From the IMG/VR virus record IMGVR_UViG_3300033076_001065, positions 1 to 42,932 of that record: 42,932 nt of DNA; one strand, given 5' to 3'. The first letter of the stretch is position 1, and every line of letters starts with the position of its first letter. Both the position numbers and the translations under genes were made by a program. Below are positions 36,759 through 42,932 of the stretch, one piece after another. The notes under the pieces were generated by a model. That model ran no database searches. It was not told where the DNA came from and was given only the letters and a program-made list of their open reading frames with translations. Origin of the DNA: a virus. Its lineage: Duplodnaviria > Caudoviricetes.

Positions 36759-36802
36759 CCGTGCGGAATGTCGTTTTCTCGAACGATCGACATGCCAGCA
36801 CC

Positions 36803-36831
36803 TTGCGCGCTGGGTACCCAGCGCTTAGCTT
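36803..36831 (+). promoter_or_regulatory. Cassette 1 promoter/operator
   Basis: TTGCGC-17-TAGCTT; perfect 18-bp palindrome GCGCTGGGTACCCAGCGC (36807-36824); ATG 6 nt downstream. Confidence 0.8.
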
Positions 36832-36837
36832 CCTCTC

Positions 36838-37023
36838 ATGAGCAAGACGGCCCGATACGAGGTTGTGAGCGGTACGCGGGTTGCCCCTGGCGCGGTGCTG
36901 GCCGCGTTCCCGGTGGTGGGCGAGTACAAGTGCGGCGGCGCAGCGACGGCCTGCCTTCGCTGGTTCGACCGGGCGCAGCGCAAGGCCGGTGCCGCGCCGA
37001 TGTTCTTTCGCAAGGTCTCGTGA
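36838..37023 (+). CDS. Cassette 1 cargo, hypothetical (61 aa)
   Basis: Directly after the promoter, no RBS, GTGA overlap with the RHH gene. Confidence 0.7.
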   Translation: MSKTARYEVVSGTRVAPGAVLAAFPVVGEYKCGGAATACLRWFDRAQRKAGAAPMFFRKVS

Positions 37024-37220
37024 GTACGATCGCGGCCATGGCCGCCAAGAAGAAGCCCGGGAGAAATATTCATGAAACCGAACGCCACACCATCCAAGTC
37101 AAGCTGCGACTCCCGCCCGACGTCGCCGAACGACTCGACGAGCTTGCCGAGCGCCGCGGGCTCACGCGAGCGGGCGCCGTCGCGTGGCTGCTCGACCGGC
37201 ACGAGGGGCTCGAAGAGTAA
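37020..37220 (+). CDS. Ribbon-helix-helix (CopG/Arc-like) regulator 1
   Basis: IQVKLRLPPDVAERLDELAERRGLTRAGAVAWLL; alternative ATG at 37038. Confidence 0.85.
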   Translation: MSTIAAMAAKKKPGRNIHETERHTIQVKLRLPPDVAERLDELAERRGLTRAGAVAWLLDRHEGLEE

Positions 37221-37236
37221 GGCCCTCGACTCGCAC

Positions 37237-37497
37237 GTGCCCCTGACCGAGGAGGACGTCGCTGTGCTCCTTGCCTGCCGCGACGATGGCGAGCCTCCTG
37301 TGGAGATCCACGACGCGACGATTCACCGACGTCTGGAGGCCCAGGGCTTGCTGTCGCGTCGAAGCGGACCGAGCCCGGACGGAGACGGCGAAGCCGAGTT
37401 CTGGCGCACGACCGAGTTTGGCGTCTGGGCGCTTTGGTACCTGGGTCGGGTGGAGCAGATGCCGTGCTCACCGGGAGAGGAGAAGGACCGTGGCTAG
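37237..37497 (+). CDS. Hypothetical protein, winged-helix-like
   Basis: LTEEDVAVLL...RRLEAQGLL...WRTTEFG; start uncertain. Confidence 0.5.
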   Translation: MPLTEEDVAVLLACRDDGEPPVEIHDATIHRRLEAQGLLSRRSGPSPDGDGEAEFWRTTEFGVWALWYLGRVEQMPCSPGEEKDRG

Positions 37498-37840
37498 GTA
37501 CACGTACACGAGCGACGACCCGAAGGACCCGAACTACCGACTCTCGATCGAAGAGGAAGGCGAAGACGACGACGGGACCGGCTACGGGCTCATCACCATC
37601 GCGGAGGAGAGCACCACGTCGGCCGCGATCACGGCTCAGACCACCGGCATCCGCGGCGCAGTCGACCTCACGACCGAGCAGGCGAAGTGGCTCTACTTCG
37701 CGCTCGGCAAGATGCTCCTGAGCCGCGGCGGGCTCGATCCGAACGGCATCCACGGCGTCTCCGACAAGGAAGCCAATCGTCGTCGCCCGGTGCCGAAGTC
37801 CGCGGCGCTCAGCGTGAGCGATCCAGGAGGTGAGAAGTGA
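37490..37840 (+). CDS. Hypothetical protein
   Basis: AAGGA RBS, GTG start. Confidence 0.65.
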   Translation: MARYTYTSDDPKDPNYRLSIEEEGEDDDGTGYGLITIAEESTTSAAITAQTTGIRGAVDLTTEQAKWLYFALGKMLLSRGGLDPNGIHGVSDKEANRRRPVPKSAALSVSDPGGEK

Positions 37841-38157
37841 GCGCGAAAGTCCTCTGCGGGATGCGGTACATCGAGCGCTCGACGAAGCGCGACCGGACGG
37901 AGCTCACGTGCACGCTCGAGCGCGGCCACGAGAAGCCCGTTCACGAGATGACGCTGAACGGGAAGTGGCTCGGGGGCTGGGTCGACCAGTGGCGCCCGGA
38001 CGGCACCCCACGGCTCGGCATCAAGGCGAAGGAACAGGAGCCCCCGCTGGACATGCCGGCGAACTGGCGCGGCGAGCCGATCGCGCCGGAGCCGGAGCAG
38101 CCCTCGCTGTTCGACGAATCGCCGAGGCAGTCCTACTCGTCGAAAGAGGTGAAGTAA
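37837..38157 (+). CDS. Hypothetical protein
   Basis: 106 aa, GGAGG RBS, coupled. Confidence 0.7.
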   Translation: MSAKVLCGMRYIERSTKRDRTELTCTLERGHEKPVHEMTLNGKWLGGWVDQWRPDGTPRLGIKAKEQEPPLDMPANWRGEPIAPEPEQPSLFDESPRQSYSSKEVK

Positions 38158-38384
38158 TGGCGAAAAAGAAGCTGAGCGAAGTCACTGGAAACACCATCCG
38201 ACGCTGGATCGAGCGCCGCGCGCTGGAACTCGGAGACGAGGCCAAGGAAGACGCGAAGGCCACCAACGACCGGCACATGTCCGACTACTACAACGCGAAG
38301 GCCGAGGGCGCGTGGGAGGTCGTGAAGGCGATCCGTCTCGGCTCGTTCATCCCGACCGCGTTCCGCAAGCGAGCGCGCAAGTGA
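38157..38384 (+). CDS. Hypothetical protein
   Basis: MAKKKLSEVTG..., TAATG coupling. Confidence 0.7.
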   Translation: MAKKKLSEVTGNTIRRWIERRALELGDEAKEDAKATNDRHMSDYYNAKAEGAWEVVKAIRLGSFIPTAFRKRARK

Positions 38385-38656
38385 ATCGCCACCAGCGACG
38401 CGCGCAGGCGAAGACGCAGCGCTTCGTCGCCCCGTGCAACGCATGCGGGAAGGACTGTGAGCTTCACACGCTCAAGCCTCGCGCGATCTACGTGGGCGAT
38501 CCGACCGCGCCGGACGACCTCGGCATCTGCAAGGGCTGCCCGTGCTCCACCGGCATGTGCGACTCGTGCGGGGAGAGCGAAGGCCACTGGCTTGGGTGCC
38601 CGCTCGTCGGTCTCCCGGAGATGCCGCCGGAGCCCACCATCACGACGGTCCAGTGA
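38381..38656 (+). CDS. Cys-rich small protein, paralogue of 3..245
   Basis: CNAC, CKGCPC, CDSC and HWLGC motifs; GTGA coupling. Confidence 0.8.
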   Translation: MNRHQRRAQAKTQRFVAPCNACGKDCELHTLKPRAIYVGDPTAPDDLGICKGCPCSTGMCDSCGESEGHWLGCPLVGLPEMPPEPTITTVQ

Positions 38657-38702
38657 CCGCGATTTTGCTGATGCCATCCCACACCGAGGAGAAGTGACGA
38701 CC

Positions 38703-38891
38703 ATGCGTGTCCTCCTAGATCTGATCTTCGACCGCTTCCGCTGGTATCGCCGACTCCGCGGCGGGCACTGGGAGCAGTGGTGGATCATGCCGCCTGTCGC
38801 CTCCACGGTGTGGATTCAGAAGCCGCACGACGCCGCGCCGCCTTTCGGGGCAAAGATTCTCGATGCGTGCGAGGACCACAAATCGACCTAG
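38703..38891 (+). CDS. Hypothetical Trp-rich protein
   Basis: GAGGAG RBS; MRVLLDLIFDRFRWYRRLRGGHWEQWW. Confidence 0.6.
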   Translation: MRVLLDLIFDRFRWYRRLRGGHWEQWWIMPPVASTVWIQKPHDAAPPFGAKILDACEDHKST

Positions 38892-38897
38892 GGCCAC

Positions 38898-38925
38898 TTG
38901 CGCGCTGGATATCCAGCGCTAGGTT
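38898..38925 (+). promoter_or_regulatory. Cassette 2 promoter/operator
   Basis: TTGCGC-16-TAGGTT; perfect palindrome GCGCTGGATATCCAGCGC (38902-38919); ATG 7 nt downstream. Confidence 0.8.
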
Positions 38926-38932
38926 ATCCGAC

Positions 38933-39166
38933 ATGACGAACGAACACTGCACCCGTACCGACTGCTACTGCGACGGCCTGGCCCCCGGCGACTCGTGCCG
39001 CAATTGGGCGGAAGTGGTGGCGTACGAAGAGGAGATCGCCAACGGGTGGTCTCCGGCCCAGGCGCGTGCGCGCGTCGAGTCCTTTCACAAGCCGCGCAAG
39101 GCACCTTCGGCTGCGGAGGCCTCCGCCATGGAGGTCCTCTGGCGCCGCATCGAAGCCAACGGATGA
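38933..39166 (+). CDS. Cassette 2 cargo, hypothetical (77 aa)
   Basis: MTNEHCTRTDCYCDG...; no RBS; ATGA overlap with the RHH gene. Confidence 0.7.
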   Translation: MTNEHCTRTDCYCDGLAPGDSCRNWAEVVAYEEEIANGWSPAQARARVESFHKPRKAPSAAEASAMEVLWRRIEANG

Positions 39167-39384
39167 GCGATACCCTGGCCGGCATGGCCACCAAGAAAAA
39201 GCCCGGAAAGAACATCCCCAATGCCCAGCGTCACACCGTCCAGCGTCTCCTCCGACTGCCCCCCGACATCGACGAGCGGCTCACCGAGCTTGCCGAGGAA
39301 TGGGGGATCACCGTCTCCGGCGCCGTCGCGCGCCTCGTCGAAGAGCACGACGGAGCCCGGGACGCACGAGCACGAATACGTTGA
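39163..39384 (+). CDS. Ribbon-helix-helix regulator 2
   Basis: VQRLLRLPPDIDERLTELAEEWGITVSGAVARLV; paralogue of RHH 1; alternative ATG at 39184. Confidence 0.85.
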   Translation: MSDTLAGMATKKKPGKNIPNAQRHTVQRLLRLPPDIDERLTELAEEWGITVSGAVARLVEEHDGARDARARIR

Positions 39385-39419
39385 CGACGCCCGTCCCGGT
39401 TGGGGCGGGGGTTGTTTCT
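39383..39419 (+). terminator. Possible intrinsic terminator after cassette 2
   Basis: CCCGTCCC-ggtt-GGGGCGGG followed by GGTTGTTTCT (weak U tract). Confidence 0.4.
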
Positions 39420-39522
39420 GTCGGGTCTGCGGCTTCCGCGTTCCACCGTCGATGGCGCTGCACGAAGACGTCGTCCGCAGGAAGGTCGCTGCGGATAGCT
39501 CGGGCGATCCCAAGAGGTCGCC

Positions 39523-40026
39523 GTGATCCGCACCTGCTCTGACGAGGCCTGCCTCTCGTTCGACTGCTCGACGTGCATCGCGGGCAACGCGGAGATCTGC
39601 GCGTGCGGACATCCGCGGCGCGATCACCAGGTGAAGCTACCCGCGCCATGTCGCAACGGCGCCGGCGATCCGCCAGAGCCGAAGCCCGGAGAGTGCTTCC
39701 TGCGCGCCGTGGACGAGTGGCAACGGACGGGCTGCCAGTGCCTTGCGTTCTCACCAGCGCTCGAATGGCGCACCGATGAGATCCGCCTGGGCATGTCGAT
39801 CTACTGGGTCGCATCGTGGCGCGAGGACGTGCCCGAGGGAGGAGCCGTCCGTCCAGGCTTTCGCTGGTCCGGGGGACGCGGGGAGGTCGGCGGCTGGACC
39901 GCGGGCGGGCGCCACTTCGCGCTCCGCGAGGCACGAGAGGCGTACGCGGCGCGCGAGGCGTTGCAGCGTGTAGCCGACAGGAAGGCGGTGGCGGAGTTGA
40001 CGGGCGATCGCGAGGTGAAACCGTGA
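39523..40026 (+). CDS. Hypothetical Cys-rich protein
   Basis: 167 aa, GAGGT RBS. Confidence 0.65.
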   Translation: MIRTCSDEACLSFDCSTCIAGNAEICACGHPRRDHQVKLPAPCRNGAGDPPEPKPGECFLRAVDEWQRTGCQCLAFSPALEWRTDEIRLGMSIYWVASWREDVPEGGAVRPGFRWSGGRGEVGGWTAGGRHFALREAREAYAAREALQRVADRKAVAELTGDREVKP

Positions 40027-40136
40027 ACCCGTGCCTGTACGTCGACACCACGTGGTACTGGCTGACCGCCTCGACAAACTGGACGCCCTACGTCGTGTCT
40101 TGGCAGTCGTCCAGCGATCGCGAGGTGAAGTCGTGA
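40023..40136 (+). CDS. Micro-ORF (37 aa)
   Basis: VNPCLYVDTTWYW...; flanked by near-identical RBS linkers. Confidence 0.5.
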   Translation: MNPCLYVDTTWYWLTASTNWTPYVVSWQSSSDREVKS

Positions 40137-40480
40137 TGCGCTACGACGCGATCCCCGGCGTGTGGCTCCGCTACGACGGGTACGAGACGAGGCTTCAGGT
40201 CGACCGCGCGAAGGAGTTTCGCGGGCTCGAACTGGACGAGCTGGAGGCGCTCATCGAGGTGCTCACGAAGGCCGCGAGGTGCCGCAAGGACGGTCGCAAG
40301 GCCTGCGGGCGCCCCGCTGTCGTCGCCGACCGTCACGCGCCCGATGAGCACGCCCTTTGCGCAGAGCACTACTCGCGGCTGTCGCGGTCGGAGGACATCG
40401 ACCTCTGGCCCACCACGCCCGAGGGGCAAGCCGCGCTGACGTGCACGGAGAAGTTCTCCGCCGCCAAGGAGGGCACATGA
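40136..40480 (+). CDS. Hypothetical protein
   Basis: MRYDAIPGVWLRYDGY..., TGATG coupling. Confidence 0.65.
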   Translation: MRYDAIPGVWLRYDGYETRLQVDRAKEFRGLELDELEALIEVLTKAARCRKDGRKACGRPAVVADRHAPDEHALCAEHYSRLSRSEDIDLWPTTPEGQAALTCTEKFSAAKEGT

Positions 40481-40671
40481 TCGCCATCAACACCGGACGG
40501 AAGGCGGGGAAGACATACGAGCTGCTGCGCGAGGCGTACGACAGGGCGAAGCTCGGCGACGTCGTCCTGATCGCCGGGATCGTCGAGGAGTTTTCGGTCG
40601 TGATGCTCAATGCGAAGCGCTATCGCGAGCTCGTAGCGGCGGAGCAGGCCGGCAAGCGAGGTGAGCCGTGA
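40477..40671 (+). CDS. Small protein with P-loop-like GRKAGKT
   Basis: 64 aa, GGAGG RBS. Confidence 0.65.
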   Translation: MIAINTGRKAGKTYELLREAYDRAKLGDVVLIAGIVEEFSVVMLNAKRYRELVAAEQAGKRGEP

Positions 40672-40824
40672 AGGGCTGCGGGCCGTGCGCGTCGATCCGG
40701 TTCACGTGGGGATGGGGGCACGGTCCCACGCCCAGGTGCCCTCGACACGATCACTGGGTTCGAGCTGGCCGGTGGTTCATGAAGAACGCGCTGAGATCGC
40801 AGTGCATGAGCGATCCAAGGGCAT

Positions 40825-40871
40825 AGCACTGTTCAACCAGTGCTTGACAACTGTTCAAACAGTGCTATACT
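40825..40871 (+). promoter_or_regulatory. Cassette 3 promoter with two operators
   Basis: TTGACA-16-TATACT; direct repeat ACTGTTCAA(C/A)CAGTGCT at 40828 and 40850, each copy itself palindromic. Confidence 0.85.
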
Positions 40872-40878
40872 GTAACCC

Positions 40879-41118
40879 ATGAACAACGCACCGAAGCTCG
40901 CGAAGGCGGGCGACAAGATGACCGACAAGGCATGCAAGAAGCTCCGGGGCTACCCGCCCGGGACGACCGTGCAACCCAAGGCCGAGGGCGACCGAGGCCA
41001 GTGGCTTTGCATCGACTGCGGCGAGCCGTTCGCCAACAACATGCAGGCGAACGGCCACGCCAAGTCTCATCGGCTGGCCTGGCGCAACTTCGAGACCGGC
41101 AACCTCGAGGAGGCGTGA
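40879..41118 (+). CDS. Cassette 3 cargo A, zinc-finger-like (79 aa)
   Basis: CIDC-x12-H-x3-H C2H2-like spacing; no RBS. Confidence 0.75.
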   Translation: MNNAPKLAKAGDKMTDKACKKLRGYPPGTTVQPKAEGDRGQWLCIDCGEPFANNMQANGHAKSHRLAWRNFETGNLEEA

Positions 41119-41354
41119 TGGGCGACGTCCGACAGCTCAACTCCGGTCGCTGCATCCAGGTCGTGTCGCTCGACGAGCAGGGCGCCCGAGACTTCTGCAT
41201 CAGCTTCCTCGGCGTGCCGCCCGAACGCATCGATCGGGTGCTCGACGCCGGACCCAACAAGCGGCCCGAGAAGTACAAGCCCGAGGCGCGGGAATACCAC
41301 GTGTTCCTGCGGGGCACTCCGTCGAAGCCCTACCGCTTTCGGTCGAAGCGATGA
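41118..41354 (+). CDS. Cassette 3 cargo B, hypothetical (78 aa)
   Basis: MGDVRQLNSGRCIQVV..., GGAGG RBS, TGATG coupling. Confidence 0.7.
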   Translation: MGDVRQLNSGRCIQVVSLDEQGARDFCISFLGVPPERIDRVLDAGPNKRPEKYKPEAREYHVFLRGTPSKPYRFRSKR

Positions 41355-41566
41355 GCGATAATCCGAGGATGCCGAGCAACCCGAAGGAGTCGAAGTGGTA
41401 CGCAACGCCGAAAGAAGCCAGGAACCGGAAGCCGATCGGCATCACGCTGAGCGACGAGGCGCGGGACCGGCTCGACCGAATGGCCAAGGCCAGGAAGCAA
41501 TCGAGGTCGGCGGTCATCGAGGAGATGATCATGTCGACTTACATCCGGCCGCCGTCGGAGGAGTGA
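41351..41566 (+). CDS. Ribbon-helix-helix (CopG-like) regulator 3
   Basis: KPIGITLSDEARDRLDRMAKARKQSRSAVIEEMI. Confidence 0.85.
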   Translation: MSDNPRMPSNPKESKWYATPKEARNRKPIGITLSDEARDRLDRMAKARKQSRSAVIEEMIMSTYIRPPSEE

Positions 41567-41615
41567 GACCTGCGGCGCCTTGTGCATCCGTTCGAGAACA
41601 GGAAGGAAAGTGACG

Positions 41616-41852
41616 ATGGGAGCCATTCAAGACCTCGCCGACGACAACGAGAAGACCATGCGCCGCGTGTTCGAGATCCTGCTCACCGAGCGGACCACGG
41701 AGACCATCGACTACCAGCTGAAGCTCCTTCACGATCTCGCGCACGAACGCTCGATGGCGCTCAAGTTCGCCGCCATCGGTCGCGAGCCCATCCCGTCGAA
41801 CGTCACCGGCGTCATCGTCGATGCGGCGCCTTCTGGAGGCGATCATGGCTGA
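41616..41852 (+). CDS. Hypothetical protein
   Basis: AAGGA RBS; MGAIQDLADDNEK... Confidence 0.6.
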   Translation: MGAIQDLADDNEKTMRRVFEILLTERTTETIDYQLKLLHDLAHERSMALKFAAIGREPIPSNVTGVIVDAAPSGGDHG

Positions 41853-42087
41853 GCACGTCCTCGCAGGCCGCGACGTGAAACTCGTCGGCGACGAGCGCGC
41901 GATCAAGCAGTACCGCGCCGAGATGGCCCTTCGCTATGTGGCGGTGCAGGAAGCGGCCGACCTGCTTCGGTTCGCGAAGGGCAAGATCGAGCACAAGCTC
42001 GCTGGGGAGGTGTCCCGGTGGCACGACTCGGTCGACGAGTGGCTCGCAGCTGCGCAGCCTGAAGGCGCCGCATCGGAGGATAAGTGA
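41845..42087 (+). CDS. Hypothetical protein
   Basis: GGAGG RBS; MAEHVLAGRDVK... Confidence 0.65.
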   Translation: MAEHVLAGRDVKLVGDERAIKQYRAEMALRYVAVQEAADLLRFAKGKIEHKLAGEVSRWHDSVDEWLAAAQPEGAASEDK

Positions 42088-42290
42088 CCGACCATCGAAA
42101 GAAGCGCATCCGCAAGCTGGCCGACGAGCTCGGGGTCTCGCACAGGTCGGCGGCGAACATCATCGCGAAGCGGACCGCGTGCGTGCGCGCTGGCCATCCG
42201 GCGAATCGCGATCCACACGGGCCGAAGTGCACGGACTGCGGCCACGTGTTCGCTGCGCCGGCACCAGGCCAGCGAGGAGAACCGAAGTGA
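42084..42290 (+). CDS. Hypothetical protein (HTH-like N-terminus, CxxC)
   Basis: RIRKLADELGVSHRSAANII; CTDCG. Confidence 0.6.
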   Translation: MTDHRKKRIRKLADELGVSHRSAANIIAKRTACVRAGHPANRDPHGPKCTDCGHVFAAPAPGQRGEPK

Positions 42291-42487
42291 ACCCGTACCG
42301 AGAGACACCGTATGCGGTTGGCGATGAGGTGGAGTTCGTGAAGGCGGACGGTTACCACCTTCCGTTCGGCACGCATCGCGTAACAGCCATTCACACTGAC
42401 GGCTCGATCGGCGTCGCGAACGGGTGGGCGTTCCCGTGGGATCTCCGCCGTCCAGCGGCGCCGTCCGAGAGCGAGCCCCCGCGATGA
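42287..42487 (+). CDS. Hypothetical protein
   Basis: VNPYRETPYAVGDEVEFV..., coupled. Confidence 0.6.
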   Translation: MNPYRETPYAVGDEVEFVKADGYHLPFGTHRVTAIHTDGSIGVANGWAFPWDLRRPAAPSESEPPR

Positions 42488-42762
42488 GCCAGCACGAGCT
42501 GAAGACGTGGCCCGATCCGTTCCAGGCCGTCATCGACGGAGACAAGACGTACGAGATTCGCGTGAACGATCGCCTGTTCGCGGTCGGCGACGAGCTCGTG
42601 CTGCGCGAGTGGAGTCCGGTCACGCGGAGTTACACGGGCCGATCCGCAACAGCGATCGTGAGCCACATGACCGACGGCGACTGGGGCCTTCCCGAGGGCC
42701 TCTGCGTGATGGCGCTGGCGGAAATCCGCATGGGCTTGCTGCACAAGGGCGATCCCAAGTGA
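42484..42762 (+). CDS. ASCH/PUA (DUF3850-like) domain protein
   Basis: HELKTWPDPFQAVIDGDKTYEIRVNDRLFAVGDELVLREW. Confidence 0.88.
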   Translation: MSQHELKTWPDPFQAVIDGDKTYEIRVNDRLFAVGDELVLREWSPVTRSYTGRSATAIVSHMTDGDWGLPEGLCVMALAEIRMGLLHKGDPK

Positions 42763-42932
42763 GATGCACGCACTGCAACGTGTACGAGCGGCACGCGGAC
42801 GGACTCTGTCGCCGCTGCCTCTCCGCCCGCACGTGGAACCCGGAACGGTTCGAGCGTCTTCGGTGGCTCGGCTGGCCACGATTCGCGTGGGAGCTGATCA
42901 AGGCCGCGGCCCGCATGGCGTGGGAGCATAGG
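42759..42932 (+). CDS. Cys-containing ORF running off the end; probably continues into 3..245
   Basis: GTGA-coupled start, 58 codons open to the end of the window. Confidence 0.55.
   Translation, partial: MRCTHCNVYERHADGLCRRCLSARTWNPERFERLRWLGWPRFAWELIKAAARMAWEHR

Larger units (their letters stand above)
1..42932. mobile_element. Temperate tailed phage genome (podovirus-type, P22/T7-like virion module), near-complete
   Basis: Full set of terminase, portal, scaffold, capsid, adaptor, nozzle, ejection proteins, lysin, CI/Cro switch, serine integrase and replication/recombination genes. No tape-measure or sheath gene recognised and no host housekeeping genes. Confidence 0.95.

Noticed and set aside
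39350-39526. Possible truncated ORF after RHH2 (HEHEYVDD...CRVCG...)
   Set aside because: No credible start codon or RBS, and it overlaps a terminator-like hairpin; it may be a gene disrupted by cassette insertion but this is unsupported.
36838-41566. RHH cassettes as classical type II toxin-antitoxin pairs
   Set aside because: Cargo proteins show no RelE/ParE, PIN, MazF or HicA motifs and the RHH proteins lack an extended neutralising tail; not fully excluded.

Overview
The window looks like an essentially complete, GC-rich (roughly 70% by eye) temperate podovirus-type phage genome. The minus strand carries a Cro-like HTH gene, a large serine recombinase, VRR-NUC, primase-helicase, terminases, a two-domain glycosyltransferase, portal, scaffold, major capsid, adaptor, nozzle, three large probable ejection proteins, a tail fibre and a lysis cassette. 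It ends in a separately promoted RNA locus with tRNA-Tyr(GTA) followed by a tRNA-shaped RNA that has no anticodon. The plus strand carries a CI-like repressor, a lipoprotein, ERF/exonuclease/SSB, an adenine methyltransferase and about 25 small accessory genes. The main candidate for an undescribed system is a set of three self-contained cassettes, each made of a sigma70-type promoter with a palindromic operator, one or two small unknown cargo genes and a translationally coupled ribbon-helix-helix regulator, an acr-aca-like layout. Other notable items are the anticodon-less 8/4 tRNA mimic, a virion protein with three SDxRxK (peptidase S74) motifs, leaderless early promoters, and window ends that join in frame through a 2-nt GG overlap. 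All product calls come from motif recognition and gene order by eye; no database search was run. A Myxococcota-like host is a guess only.
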